The notes under the pieces are model-generated. The model was not told the DNA's origin. It worked only from the letters and a program-made list of their open reading frames with translations, and made no database searches. DNA of 64,000 bases, from positions 36,582,001 to 36,646,000 of the forward strand of contig OZ076409.1 of assembly GCA_964187785.1 (NCBI GenBank), given 5' to 3'. The translations under genes and the position numbers were made by a program. Positions 36,091 to 47,844 of the stretch are shown here, piece after piece. Each line of letters starts with the position of its first letter. Within the stretch, counting starts at the first letter, position 1. The DNA comes from Amphiscolops sp. MND2022 (taxonomy: Eukaryota).

Positions 36091-37345
36091 TATAAATCTT
36101 CACAAAACTTCCTGAATGGATTTTTTTAAACGTCTATAAATTAAATTCAAATACTTAATACCAGTTGGCCGATAAATTGAGTTGTAAACGATTATGAACA
36201 ATCATACGTTCATGTTATTACCTACCAACCTTGAAATGAACATCAAGAAAGCATTGGTCTAAAACACAAATCTATTGGAACAAAAAATATTTTATTGTAC
36301 ACAGCTAGAAATAAATATATTTTATTTATTCACTGTCAATATATTTAAACACGATATATTTTTTACATCCCTGCTGAAAAGCATTTGCTTGCAGAAGCAG
36401 AAAAAAAATGAAATTAGCTTCGCGGTCATACCTGTTTTTTTTGCAATTTTTGTTGCACGTTTCTTTCTTATTTCAGCCGCTATTGTTACCTCCAAGCGAC
36501 CGCTATTTTATTTGCTATTTTGGAAAAAGATCAAGAAATCAGGGTCCTTTTCGCTGGAAGTTTACCCTTTCATTGGCGATTTTTTTTTAAAATATAAAAG
36601 TGGTTTTCGCGTTGGTGCGGGAGTAAGAATCATAGTCCATTTTCTCCGAATTTTCATGAACTTCAAAAAGGAACTTTTTTTTCAAAATTTGAGGGATCTA
36701 CCTAGAGCACTGCAGTAATTTTGAAACTTTCAATGATAGAGTTTGCGATCGAAGTAAAAACACAAATCGGCGGTTTCTGCAGCCAATCGATAGAGACAAT
36801 GGCTTACAGGGGATAACATTAAATTAGTGGAATAAAAGATTGACTAAAGCGTTTGCGCAGAGTTTTAACAATTGAGCAAATCGAGTGTACAATGTGACGT
36901 CATTGAGTGCGATCATGGTTGCAAAATATGTGAAGAATATTTTTAAATTAAAATGTAATTTAAAAAAGCAAATCTTAATTTAAGGTAGCTGTTGGGATAA
37001 AAGTTTTTATTCACAGTTAGCCTTTTCCCAGTCACTATCTTTTGGGCGAAAGTGCTACTAAAGGAATTAAATTTTGAAAAATTTAATTGCCTTGAAATTG
37101 TCCATTATACTTTTTCTGAAATGCCGTATTTGTGTGGGCTAGAAATTTTACCAATTAGCATTATCATTTTTTAAATTCTTGATTCCAGTTCGTTTGCGAT
37201 GAATCCCCAATGTGTTGTTTCTATATTGAATATTGAATAAATGAGCAAATGTTTCAGCGGCCTTACAGACAGGAGAACAAAAGACCCAGATTGGATCCCA
37301 TCGGAACTTTTTTGCCTCAACTACCTCCCCCAAATGTGAGTAAAT

Positions 37346-37605
37346 AGTAGTTAGCGAAATGCCGATTCAGCTCAAGCAATTTTTTTGATGCGATAGCAAG
37401 TTCGCAAAATCCTTAAAAATAAACATATTTTCAATACATATCATCAAAAATTAGCGTTTTTTCGCAACTAAAAAATTAACAGTATGGACGACACGAATGA
37501 TTGAGCAAAAGTTCAAAATCCGGACCATGTGCGAAGCTGCGCGCATCCAAGTGGTGACACAAGTGTGCGCGAAGCTCTGAAAAAATAACCACCACACAAA
37601 TTTTC
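37346..37605 (+). repeat. Polinton left TIR
   Basis: Reverse complement of 58991-59250 with scattered substitutions; begins AGTAGT. Confidence 0.95.
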
Positions 37606-37631
37606 GCAACGCAAAACACAACACATAAATA

Positions 37632-38242
37632 AACAAGACGGGAAAGTCTAAAGTCGGCGCTATATCTAAGGCTCAAAAAGCGCAGAGTTTTCTGAATATG
37701 CCCAGGATGTATTCATGAAAAGCTTTGAAAACACTTTCGAGACACCCAAAGTGTGCCTTTCATGCTCGATATGACTGGAAAATCACTTTTCCCGACTGGA
37801 AACAAAAAAAAAGTTGAATTTTTTTTTGAAAATTTTTTTTGAAATTTTTTTTTTGAAAAAAACTTCGAAAATGTCGCATAGTGCCGAAAAATGAAAAAGG
37901 GGGACCCTTTGGGATTCATTAACATACTTTCTGTTGCAAAATATCAAAAAATCCGAAGGGGGGACTCTTTTGAGACATAAAAAATTTTCGAAAAAAAAAT
38001 TCGCACAGTGCCGAGAAAAAATTGAAAGGGGGGACCGTTTAGCCCCGTCCGGGTTTGTAGGTAACGTTTAAAAAGTAAAGAAATGCGCTCCCCGTTTGCC
38101 TTTGCGGGTCCAGTAGATTAGTACTGTATTTAGTAGTTGAACGTTAATTTTAACGTTCGTCGCTTCGAGTCTGTCTTAAATAAAAAAAAACGAGTGACTG
38201 TAATAGTCGGGCTCTTTTCTTAAGAAAAGCGCCGACTAAAAA
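37632..38242 (-). mobile_element. Helentron/DINE-1-like family 1 copy nested in the Polinton
   Basis: AACAAG...AAGTCGGCGC at the left end and GCGCCGACTAAAAA at the right end. Confidence 0.75.
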
Positions 38243-39304
38243 CTATTGAAAAATTCTGTCAGTTCCAGCGTTCCTCCAAGTAGCAAGTTCCTCGAAACAA
38301 AAAATTACTTCGCAACAATTCCAAGCAATAACAAAAAATGGCCACCATGCCCTATCTCAGGCGATGAAACATTGAAGATGTTTTCGTTTTTCCCACAAAA
38401 TCTCCATTCTAGAGTGGTTTTGAGACACTCGGTAATTTAAAACATGTACGTTTGATTCAAAGCCCTCGGGCAGTTTTCTCAGACACAATTTTTGTTTTAC
38501 CAGCAATGTTTTCGGAAGCTCGCAATTTGGTCAAATTGCTTGAATGATATTAAGTTTATATTTTGTTAAGCTAGAAGTCATAGCATGCATATCTTATACT
38601 TTTTTTGAGATCTCTGCTTTCATTGAACGTATGCACTTGTGAAAAACCTCTTCTTTGCTTTGGAGTCAAATAATTGGTGACTTCATCACGGTGAAAGTTT
38701 TGTATCATTCATTGCTGACTTTCATCAAAAAACAGTTAACTTCCAAAAAACAAAACGTTTTGGAAATCAAGAGGTTATGGGAAATTGTCACACTACTTGG
38801 AGCAAAAACAACCAAGACTTCTTTGCCGAAGAAAATGGATGATTTGCCAGGCGCTCTGAGTAGAACAATTAGACGATTTGCAACTTTTGATGAACAGCGA
38901 TGACCATTAGATGTTAAAGTAGGACCAAGATGGATTTGCAATGGATTAGCAGTGGAGTCACAGTGTAGTGCTAGTGAGGATTCAGCGTGGTTACGACGTT
39001 TTTTTGAACAGTGTCAGTTTGCAGCAGAAGTCAACAGTCCTCGAGGTAGCAATTTTGCGAGTGCACAAGTAACTCTGGAAACGTTGAATTCAAACAGTTC
39101 TTTTCTCCTCTTTCGTTTCGTGGTGTTTTTACTTATAGCTATCGCTTTTTGCAAGTTTGAGTCAAGTCAAAGTGGAGTTGAGTTGAGAGACATTATGTAG
39201 CAAGTTTTCAAAGTAAAAAGTTTGAGGGGATTCAAAATCCAGTTCGTAAAACCATCTCAGAAAATTTACTTAGTCCATAATTTACTGACAGACAGCTTGA
39301 TTCC

Positions 39305-39671
39305 TTTTTAGTCGGCGCTTTTCGTAGGAAAACGCAGACTATAGTTGTGACTTTTTTTGAGACCAACGAAGTGACACACTTTATAAGCTTTATAAGCTGA
39401 CTTTAAGTAACACTAAATGCCACACTACTTCTACTGGAACTTGAGATAGAGGTTAATTAGGCTTTTTGAGGTCTCCTTTTTTATTTTTTGACACTATGCG
39501 ACTTCCTGGGGACCAAAAAAAGTTTGAAAAAAAGTTTGAGAATTTTTTTTTCAAATTGTTTCTCATGCGGGTACTGTAGATACTGTAGAAGAGAATACTT
39601 GACACTTTGAAGTCTTTTTGCTATTTTTGAGCCTCAGAAATGGCGCCGACTTGGGCCATTCCCGGCCTGTT
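39305..39671 (+). mobile_element. Helentron/DINE-1-like family 1 copy nested in the Polinton; close relative of 31365-31732
   Basis: Same termini and colinear body. Confidence 0.75.
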
Positions 39672-39739
39672 TCGAAGATGCTGTAGCTAAAACACTGCTT
39701 GGCCCAGTCAGTACTGGAATGAATTGATTCTGAGTTACG

Positions 39740-40608
39740 TTTTAGAAGGTCTGTCTTTTCCGTTTTTGAATAGGACCTTTCTCGCGTGATTGCAGCGCGT
39801 TCTTAAAGACAATTCCACTAGAACGCAGCTCATGGGGTACAGGATTCACGAGGTTTATGTGATTAGCGTTGGGGGAATTTTGTCATTGAGCAGGGAATGA
39901 ATTTCATCTGTTTGGTATCTTTCTTTTTCTCCAAAATATTTCCGCGGAGTCATCCGTGTGTGGGAATTCGCAATCAATGTCAGAAGTTCTTCATTTTTGC
40001 ACGATAGATTTTCATTTACGTTGAGAGCACTTTCATCACCAGCTTAACACTGTAGCTTAACAATAGCGTTTTCCAACAAGTTGTTTTTGGCATCAAACTT
40101 CTCTTCAGTTTTCACTAGATCGTCGAACAAGGTCCGAGCAGAGTCCATACCCACTTCTTTGCAGAGCAATAGTGACTGTTTTCATTGGTTCCAGAATCTT
40201 CACCAGCTGGCTGCTCATCTTCGAGTTCTTCTTTAGGTGATAGCAAGAATCAATGACAGCAGTTATTTTTCTTATAAAATCCTTTATTTCAGTGAAACGC
40301 TTTAGCATTTGCATGACACTCAACCATCACGTGACACAATAAGGAACTGGATTTAAATTCACGAATTTTCTCAGCTCTGCGGCAGTCATCGGTGCCTTCA
40401 ACATTCTCATTAGAATGTTCATTTTTCGAATGAGTTCGTCTTTGTTGGTCAAGTATATTTCACTGCTAGGGCCAGACGGTGAGAGTGACATCCAACTAGT
40501 GGAACGTTGCAGATATCAGCAAGAGACTTTCAGGTCTCGAAAATTTCGGCGAGTAAAGCAACCACCTTGTCTTCCATCGACATGCAATACTGGCTGAGTG
40601 TAATCTCC
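39740..40608 (-). pseudogene. hAT transposase remnant nested in the Polinton
   Basis: LVGCHSHRLALAV (CxxH motif), VT*WLSVMQMLKRF (TRWxS motif with CGA>TGA), ILEPMKTVTIALQ, and a degenerate PMSCVLVE dimerisation-domain motif. Confidence 0.75.
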
Positions 40609-41139
40609 AACAAGCCGAGAACGGCCAAAGTCGGCGCCATATCTAAGGCTCAAAATTTAAAAGGGGGACCATTCGGGCTTTGTGAAACTCCAGCTGGTTG
40701 CAAAAAATTTGAAAAAAATTGAATGGGGGACCCTTTGGAGACATGAAAAAATTTCCCAAAATTATTTTTAATGAAATTTTTGAATAGTGTCACAGTGCCG
40801 AAAAATGTGAAAGGGGGGACCCTTTGCATTTTTTTGACATCCATTGTGTTGCAAAATATCGAAACAAATGAAGGGGGTACACTCTGGTGCAATCCAAAAA
40901 ACTTCAAAAAAGTGCTGAAAAAAAGTGGGGCTAAGGTGTGTTTTCGACGATGTGGACGTCTATTTTGTTTTTTCTTTTCGTTTTGGACGCGCTTCTGAGG
41001 TTGGAGTTGTTGAGGTTTGAAGTTGTTGAAGTTTGAGGTTGTTGAACAAATGAACAAAAAAGTGGACCTTTCATGTCTAAAAAAAACTACCCACTGTAAT
41101 AGTCGGGCACATTTTCTACTAAAATGCGCCGACTAAAAA
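40609..41139 (-). mobile_element. Helentron/DINE-1-like family 1 copy nested in the Polinton
   Basis: AACAAGCCGAGAACGGCCAAAGTCGGCGCC...GCGCCGACTAAAAA. Confidence 0.8.
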
Positions 41140-41203
41140 TACGAGATCCCAATTTTGGTTTTTCTCAGTTTAAGTGATTTTAACAATGAAAAATAACTAA
41201 TAA

Positions 41204-41614
41204 ATGAAATATTTATTATTCAAAGAATTTATTTAAAAATACAGACTAAAAATGAAGCAACTTCTAATGTAAAAATAAAAGAATTCCTAGACATACTCAA
41301 AATAAACTAAAACCGGGATATACATGAGAGATGATAAATTTACCACTTCCAGTGGTATAGTTAACTTACATCCAACTAAAGGAACACATTGGGTTATGTT
41401 TGTTAACGAGTTTTATTTTGATTCATATGGATGTCCACCTCCAACTAGTATACTTAATCACATTAAAAAAGGTATCTATTCAGAATATCGAATTCAGACC
41501 AACGACAGTTATTGTGCAGCGTATTGGTTGTATGTGTTGTATCTCACAAATATAATTGGCTTCAAAAATGCAGTACTAAATTTGTACTATCAAACTTTCA
41601 AACTTAATAATTGA
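41204..41614 (+). pseudogene. Adenain-like cysteine protease (open frame 41324-41614; disrupted N-terminus)
   Basis: GTHWV, YFDSYG and Q....YC catalytic pattern; probable original start ATAAATG at 41204. Confidence 0.85.
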
Positions 41615-41802
41615 AGAAAAATAATACTTATTCAGCTCAATATAAAATCATACAACCACGTAAAAATAATCCGAATCCACAAAACTTCGCACCGAATCCA
41701 CAAAGCTTCACACCAACGTTGAATAAGGAAAAATTCTCGAAAGATAGGCAAGAATTTATAAAAAACATAGCTGCTAGTGGATTCAAACAATTTAATCTAT
41801 AA
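41611..41802 (+). CDS. Small Polinton hypothetical ORF
   Basis: Tightly packed between the protease and the next gene; duplicated PNPQ(N/S)F unit; non-ATG start in the track. Confidence 0.35.
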   Translation: MKKNNTYSAQYKIIQPRKNNPNPQNFAPNPQSFTPTLNKEKFSKDRQEFIKNIAASGFKQFNL

Positions 41803-41805
41803 TAA

Positions 41806-42866
41806 ATGGATCTATCAACCTTCGTAACATATGATAAAAAAGAATCTTTTCTTTTCAGTATTGCAAAATCTAATCAAGAAATTGTTGAAACTACTCATTC
41901 TAAACCACAAGAAACTCTAGAATTTAAAATGACTGATCAAAAAGAATCTTTCTCATTTGATGTTCCTCTCCAACTAAATGAAAAATGGATGATGGGAGTA
42001 ACAAGTTTAGAAGTATACAACACCGTATATAATATTACTGAAACGAATAACAAACTACCAATTTTCTCAAATATGAACTACTCGATGCACTTGAGTTTGA
42101 CACTGGAGTGGTGCTGAATATGAAAAAGCTATATGAAACTTATAATTTAGAAAATAAAAAAAACTTTACTATGAATTTATAGAAAAAGCTAATATATTTT
42201 TAACTACTAGTTATAAAAAAGAAGAAACTTCCAAAAAAAGATTTTGACTCTTTACAGCAAATAAAGAGCAACATTGCTATAACTATTCCAAACTTTCAAG
42301 TTGAGAATGAGTTTATTGAAATACAGTTAGTACCAGGTGTATACGAACTGATTGAAAAAAATATTGCCATTAAGCAATTAATTACTGATTCGGATTATGA
42401 CTTGGTTGACAAATCAAAATTCAAAAAAGATCTTACAGTTTTTAGTATTGAATTCAACATAATACCCGACACAATATCGATGAAATCAGTTTTAACAAAC
42501 TCATATCCTATTCATTTTAACTCCGAACTTAACAAAGTCCTGGGATTTACAAACAAGGATTACCAAGCAGGAACTCACACTTCAGAAAAACCAGTCATGA
42601 TCACAGCCACAGACAAAGTTCATCTGAAGTGTGACTGCGTAGATGGTTCAATTGTTATTGGTATACGAGAACAAATTTTATTTTCTTTTAATCTTAGTGC
42701 TCCTCCCGGATATAAAATTATAAAAGAACCAACCACTGTTTTGTACAAGCTGATAAACAAAACACGACTGGACACAATCCAATTTTCCCTTGAGGATAGC
42801 AATCATAACCCTGTTGATTTCAACGGAGAGACATTAACATTTACAATTCAAATTATCAAGATTTAA
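41806..42866 (+). pseudogene. Putative minor capsid (penton) protein, fragmented
   Basis: N-terminal FDVPLQLNEKWMMGVTSLEVYNTVYNIT and C-terminal VHLKCDCVDGS...PPGYKI...VDFNGETLTFTI resemble Polinton minor capsid motifs; frameshifts lie between them. Confidence 0.75.
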
Positions 42867-42877
42867 TATATATATAA

Positions 42878-43327
42878 ATGAGCTTTATTAAATTTAAATA
42901 TAATTCATGTTGTGTTGGTGGAAAACATTATTCCGCTACCACAAATCTTCGTGGAGATATTACAGTCAATAAAAAAACTGGTATGCCAGTAAAACTATTT
43001 AGAGGTACTTGTTCAACTTGTAAAGGAAATAAGAGTCTCATTGTTTCTGACCAAACTATACAAGCAGAAGGATTGGGTGACTTCTTTCGTTCGGTAGGAA
43101 AAGCCGCTAAGAATGTTGGAAAGAAAATACTCAATAACCCAGGCCGCGCATTGGAAATAGCAGCAAATATTGGACCTGCAGCAGCAAGTGAAAATCCAAA
43201 ACTTATTGCTGCAACTGCTCCTTATATTATAAAATTTGTTAATCAAGGGAAGGGGTTATACAAAGCTGAAAGTTTGTATCAAGCAGGTAAAGCAGGTAAA
43301 GGCCTGTATCGGGGGAAATTTCATTGA
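42878..43327 (+). CDS. Basic Polinton protein with Cys pairs and an amphipathic GLGDFFRSVGKAAK segment (possible core or membrane-active protein)
   Basis: Intact 149-aa ORF with ATAAATG start; function is inferred. Confidence 0.6.
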   Translation: MSFIKFKYNSCCVGGKHYSATTNLRGDITVNKKTGMPVKLFRGTCSTCKGNKSLIVSDQTIQAEGLGDFFRSVGKAAKNVGKKILNNPGRALEIAANIGPAAASENPKLIAATAPYIIKFVNQGKGLYKAESLYQAGKAGKGLYRGKFH

Positions 43328-44401
43328 ATGTATTCAATAATTATACTTAATAAATGTATTCAATTCATAATCGGGATGACTTGGAAAAATTTTAAAAAAT
43401 TGCAAGAAACAAAACCTTTACTTCACAAAGAAAGATTAAAAGAGAAACTAAGGAAGCAAGACTTTCATTACGATATGGAAAAAGTTTTTGAACCCGTAAC
43501 AGAAAACCAGAAACAAAACATTTCTAAACAACAAAAACTTTCCGAAAAGCAAATACAAGCACTACGAGAGTCGACTCAAACTACAACACAAGCAATACAA
43601 GAACAAACTAGAGCAATACGAGAATCGAGTAACACAATTCAAAAATCAATTGAAGAAGGAATACAAGAATATGATGAAATTTTTACCCGTAATAATCAGA
43701 TACTTACGAATCTTGGTAATTCCAACCAAATTGATTCTAGTATTGTAAAAACACTTTCCAACCTTCTTAATGACAAAAACAAAAGTCAATTTAGTTTAGA
43801 AACAGTTATGGGTAATCCGCGCAGCTCCGCAAATTTATTCACGATTAACCCTTCCAATCCACAACAAGTAATAATTAAAAATACTACACTAACCTTCTTG
43901 GGTAGTGGTAACATATATGATCTAAATGACCCAGATTTTCAATATTTTATAACTAATACACAATTTGATAGACAACTAACAGTTTTTAATTTCTTAAATG
44001 ATATGAATAATAACATAAATTATGGGGATAAAAAATCAATGAGATATTATTTTAACAACGATTTGATTAAGCAATACTATCAACAATCCACAGAGCTTTC
44101 TGCAGAGCTTTCCACGCAGCTTCCCAATCAGGTGCAGGGCTACGCGGGAAGTGGATTAAATGGCGAAGCTGCGCGAAGCTACGCGCCAAAGCTACCGCGA
44201 AGCCATGCAAATCAGTACGTCTTCCTCCCATCTGATCCAGACGAATTAGTGGATCAATTAAAACTTCTTTATTTTGAAAAACTAGGAGGAAATGACAACC
44301 CCCAACTCAATGAACAAATCATAGCAATTGTAGATAAACTATTGGAGTATGAATGCATTACAACAAATCAACATCAAAACATGATCTCCTCAATTATTTA
44401 A
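43328..44401 (+). CDS. Polinton conserved hypothetical protein (357 aa)
   Basis: Coiled-coil N-terminus; C-terminal FLPSDPDELVDQLKLL...GGNDN...IIAIVDKL resembles a motif recurrent in Polinton hypothetical proteins. Confidence 0.65.
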   Translation: MYSIIILNKCIQFIIGMTWKNFKKLQETKPLLHKERLKEKLRKQDFHYDMEKVFEPVTENQKQNISKQQKLSEKQIQALRESTQTTTQAIQEQTRAIRESSNTIQKSIEEGIQEYDEIFTRNNQILTNLGNSNQIDSSIVKTLSNLLNDKNKSQFSLETVMGNPRSSANLFTINPSNPQQVIIKNTTLTFLGSGNIYDLNDPDFQYFITNTQFDRQLTVFNFLNDMNNNINYGDKKSMRYYFNNDLIKQYYQQSTELSAELSTQLPNQVQGYAGSGLNGEAARSYAPKLPRSHANQYVFLPSDPDELVDQLKLLYFEKLGGNDNPQLNEQIIAIVDKLLEYECITTNQHQNMISSII

Positions 44402-44469
44402 AGGATCAGTTTGTGGATTAAAGATCATGTAATTTGGATTAGAATCATTACAAATCCTGTACCTACTCT

Positions 44470-45073
44470 CATTTTTATCTTCCAATCTATTTATTATTAA
44501 TTAATAGAATTTTTTGTTCCATGCCTCTCTGCACAAACTTTTGAATTCCTCATAAGACATATCAAAATCTGCTATGTCCCTATGAATGTGTTCTACATCT
44601 TTCAGTGTTTGTTGAAATAAAATTATTATATTCGAAATGTTTCTAACTGTCTTTTTTGGTGCATCAACATAACTCTGACCTAAATAATAAATATCACACA
44701 ATTTGTGTAATCCTCTAGTAAAAAATGGATCAATCAATTTCTGGTTGGAGTCTAACATATCATCAAAAACTACACAACACCCCCTATACTCTTCCAAATC
44801 CCCCACATTTTCTTCCACTTCTATTCCTCGTGAAGCTCCACCAATATCAAGGTCCTCATATTGTTCCGGACTCCTCCTAATGACACGAATTTGTTTCTCT
44901 GGATCTTCCAAAGGAATCAATCGTAAATTATTCAACAACAAAGGAGTCTTAACACAAAATGATGGACCAACTATTAAAGTTCTATTACACTTATTATCAT
45001 TATCATTATTATTATAATTTAATTTGGTGCGAAGCTGTGCGGGAAGCTGCACAGGAACCTGCACGGGAAGCAA
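44470..45073 (-). pseudogene. A32/FtsK-like packaging ATPase 1
   Basis: TLIVGPSFCVKT (damaged Walker A), VVFDDML (Walker B), FFTRGLH, YLGQSY; open frame 44501-45073. Confidence 0.85.
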
Positions 45074-45133
45074 GTCACCCCCAGTATGTACGAAGCTACG
45101 CGAATAGCCCTGCGAATAGCCCTGCGAATACCC

Positions 45134-45420
45134 CTATGTGGGAACCCGTGCGAATCTATGCGAATAGCCCTGCGGATACAAGTGTTGTTTCTCAATGTGG
45201 GATCCTAAATAACTCTTATTTAATTCCTTTTCACAAAATTCACACCATACCTTTTTATTAAAACATTCTTTACAAGTACTGTACATTTTACCATTTTTGT
45301 ATGAATAGAAATCCATCTTCATCTCATCACAAACTTTCCTTTTTTTTTACTAGAGCAATCATCACACACTTTACTCTCACTACTTTCATTACAGATTAAA
45401 CATCTTGTTATTGTACTCAT
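45134..45420 (-). pseudogene. Small Cys/His zinc-finger protein, frameshifted
   Basis: ATAAATG start at 45420 (MSTITRCLICNESSESKVCDDC), continuing in another frame as CKEC...CEFC...HIEKQH. Confidence 0.55.
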
Positions 45421-45429
45421 TTATTTAGT

Positions 45430-45710
45430 AAAAAAACACTAATAATCACTAAGAATCACTCATTATCACTATGTAATCACTAAGCAATTTTCACTAAATC
45501 ACTATGTATTCACTATACAGTCACTAAGAGCATTTTTTTCTCTGAGATTAAAGAGTATAGTGAAATTTAGAGAAAATAATTGCTCTTAGTAATGCTTAGT
45601 GATTGTATAGTGTTTCTTAGCGAATAATCACTATTTACTCAGATCTCTACGAATCACTAATTAATCACTAAATAATCACTAATTACTCAAGAAATCACTG
45701 ATGTTTCACT
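45430..45710. repeat. Intergenic array of (A)ATCACT(A) motifs in both orientations
   Basis: About a dozen TCACT/AGTGA units in 280 bp. Confidence 0.8.
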
Positions 45711-46684
45711 AAACATTATTTAGCTTATTTTTAGTAAAATTTTTTGCATGATCATATATAATTTTCTTAAAGTCCTCTTTAACTGAATCACTAATTAATG
45801 GTTGTTGCTTACGCTCAACGTAGTTGTCTATTTTGGATTCATCCACTTTTATTTTATTTTGTTTACAACAATATACATAATAAAAAGCTATGTTGTATGA
45901 TGTTATTCCATTTGTCTGGTCAGACATCTCCTCTAAAAATACCTTGAGTTTGTTATTTTCATCACCAGTGAAAAAATAACATTCATAAGCAACATAATCT
46001 TCAGGGCCCCACTTAGTCTGTTCGCTAGAATCATAAATTATATTGTATTTGTTGTTTAATACCTTGTACTTCTGACTCCTAGTGTCAAATTCAATAATAC
46101 CAAAGTCTAACTGATCACGGTATTGTTTCCACTTTGATTGTGTAACTCCGTCTTTGATTGAATACGTTTGTATTATGGTTTCAAAAAAGTTATCTGGGTT
46201 ATTATTTGTTATGTATATTTTGAAACAATTCTCTCTTACAACAGGGAGAACATCCTTTGCATAGTGAGCAAGGTATATCACTTGAATCCCATGATGTCTA
46301 CCAAACCGGAACAAGTCTTCTACTTTTGTTTTAGGACTTTTGTATGCACCTGCATCATCCAGTACAACAATCTTATTAGCAAGTGATTCAATACCTATTT
46401 TTTCTAACTGTAACAAGGGTACAAAGTTGGAAGCAGGAAACTTTTTCATCTCGTCCAAATACTATGTAACTTCGTTGAATCTGTGTTAAATAATGATTGA
46501 GGAAAGATGTCTTCCCTGACGCACTACTTCCATAAATTAACATATGACAGTTTGTATGCGTATTACTGACTGGTTGAGTTAGCGCTCCGCTATGTTCTTC
46601 CAAAGCTCCGCCTTCTTGGTTTGTAAGATGAGAGTATTTGAACCCTTCAAATTGTAATAGTTTTTTATATATTTTTTATACCAT
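45709..46684 (-). pseudogene. A32/FtsK-like ATPase 2, frameshifted near 46450
   Basis: LIYGSSASGKTS (Walker A), IVVLDDAG (Walker B), LFRFGRHHGI, YLAH, VRENC. Confidence 0.85.
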
Positions 46685-46919
46685 TTAGGGCGATTATAAC
46701 GCCAATACATTATGAATATAATTACTATTATAATTTCAAAAATAAAAATAAACATCGAGTAGCTTCGCGCGTTGCTTCGCGGAATAAATTTCCGTAATCA
46801 ACTGGCACGTTCGTTAGTGCGCCAGCTTTCGCCTTTGGACACCTTCGTGGCTTCCACCGAATTCTTGTGAGAAAAACTGTAATAATCATCATTCATTTAT
46901 TTAGAAAAAATTGTTATAA

Positions 46920-47808
46920 ATGAATCAAAATAAAAAGAAATCGCTAAAGCAATCACAAAAGAAATAATCTCTCCTGTAATCAAAAAGTTTAAAAGAATTC
47001 AAATACAAACTCCATATAAACATGAATGTTGGAGTTTTGATTTAATTGATCGCTCAAGTTTAAAAAATACAACAAAAACTACAAGTTTATTTTCACCATA
47101 ATTGACAGTCATACTAAATATGCATGGGCGATTCCCCTCAAAGATAAATCAGGAAAAAGTACAACTGCTGCATTCAAGAAACTGATAGAAACTAGTAAAA
47201 GAAAACCACAAAAAATGTGGAGTGAAATAGGTAAAGAGTTTTACAACCAGACATTTTTACACTACTTAAACGAGCAAAACATTCAATATTATTCAACCCA
47301 TTCAGATTTGAAGGCTGTTGTTGTTGAACGCTTCAATAGAAAATTTTTGGACTTAATCAAAGAACCAATGTATATTGAAGGTACAGGTAACTGGTTGAAT
47401 CACATTAATAATGCCCCGAAAAAAAATAATAATCGTGTCCATGGTACAACAAAAATGACACCATTTGAAATGAGTTTTTGCGCAGCTTCGCAGAGTGCAA
47501 TACCACGATTCTACGCCAATCCGATACCTAATGATAGTAAAAAATTACCCAAGTTCCAAGTGGGGATTTTGTAAGAGTTCCTGACAAACGCAGTGTGTAT
47601 AGTAAAGGTTATACAACAAATTGGAACAGAGAACCTTTCAAAATACACAAAATTAATTCAACGAATCCAGTAACATACACTTTGGAAGATGAAAACAAAA
47701 AATTATTCAAGGAAAATACTATGAGCAAGAACTTTTAAGAAGTATATTCAACTTTGACTCTAACAACAAAACGTTTGAAAGTAAGAATATTTTCCACAAA
47801 ATGGAGTA
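46920..47808 (+). pseudogene. Retroviral-type (RVE) integrase, copy 1
   Basis: FDLID, IDSHTKYAWAIPLKDK, GKEFYN, VERFNR, KGYTTNW; several frameshifts. Confidence 0.92.
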
Positions 47809-47844
47809 AGATTCCAACAGTTTTCCCATAATATTTTTTTATAA

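Noticed and set aside
36275..36718. 147-aa hydrophobic ORF
   Set aside because: Non-ATG start, Phe/Lys-rich composition expected from T/A runs, no motif.
37451..37636. ORF pair 37451-37636 and 58999-59262 as duplicated genes
   Set aside because: Chance frames within the two TIRs.
38655..39200. Possible gag-like fragment (WLRRFFEQCQFAAEVN)
   Set aside because: One short resemblance with no supporting domains or LTR.
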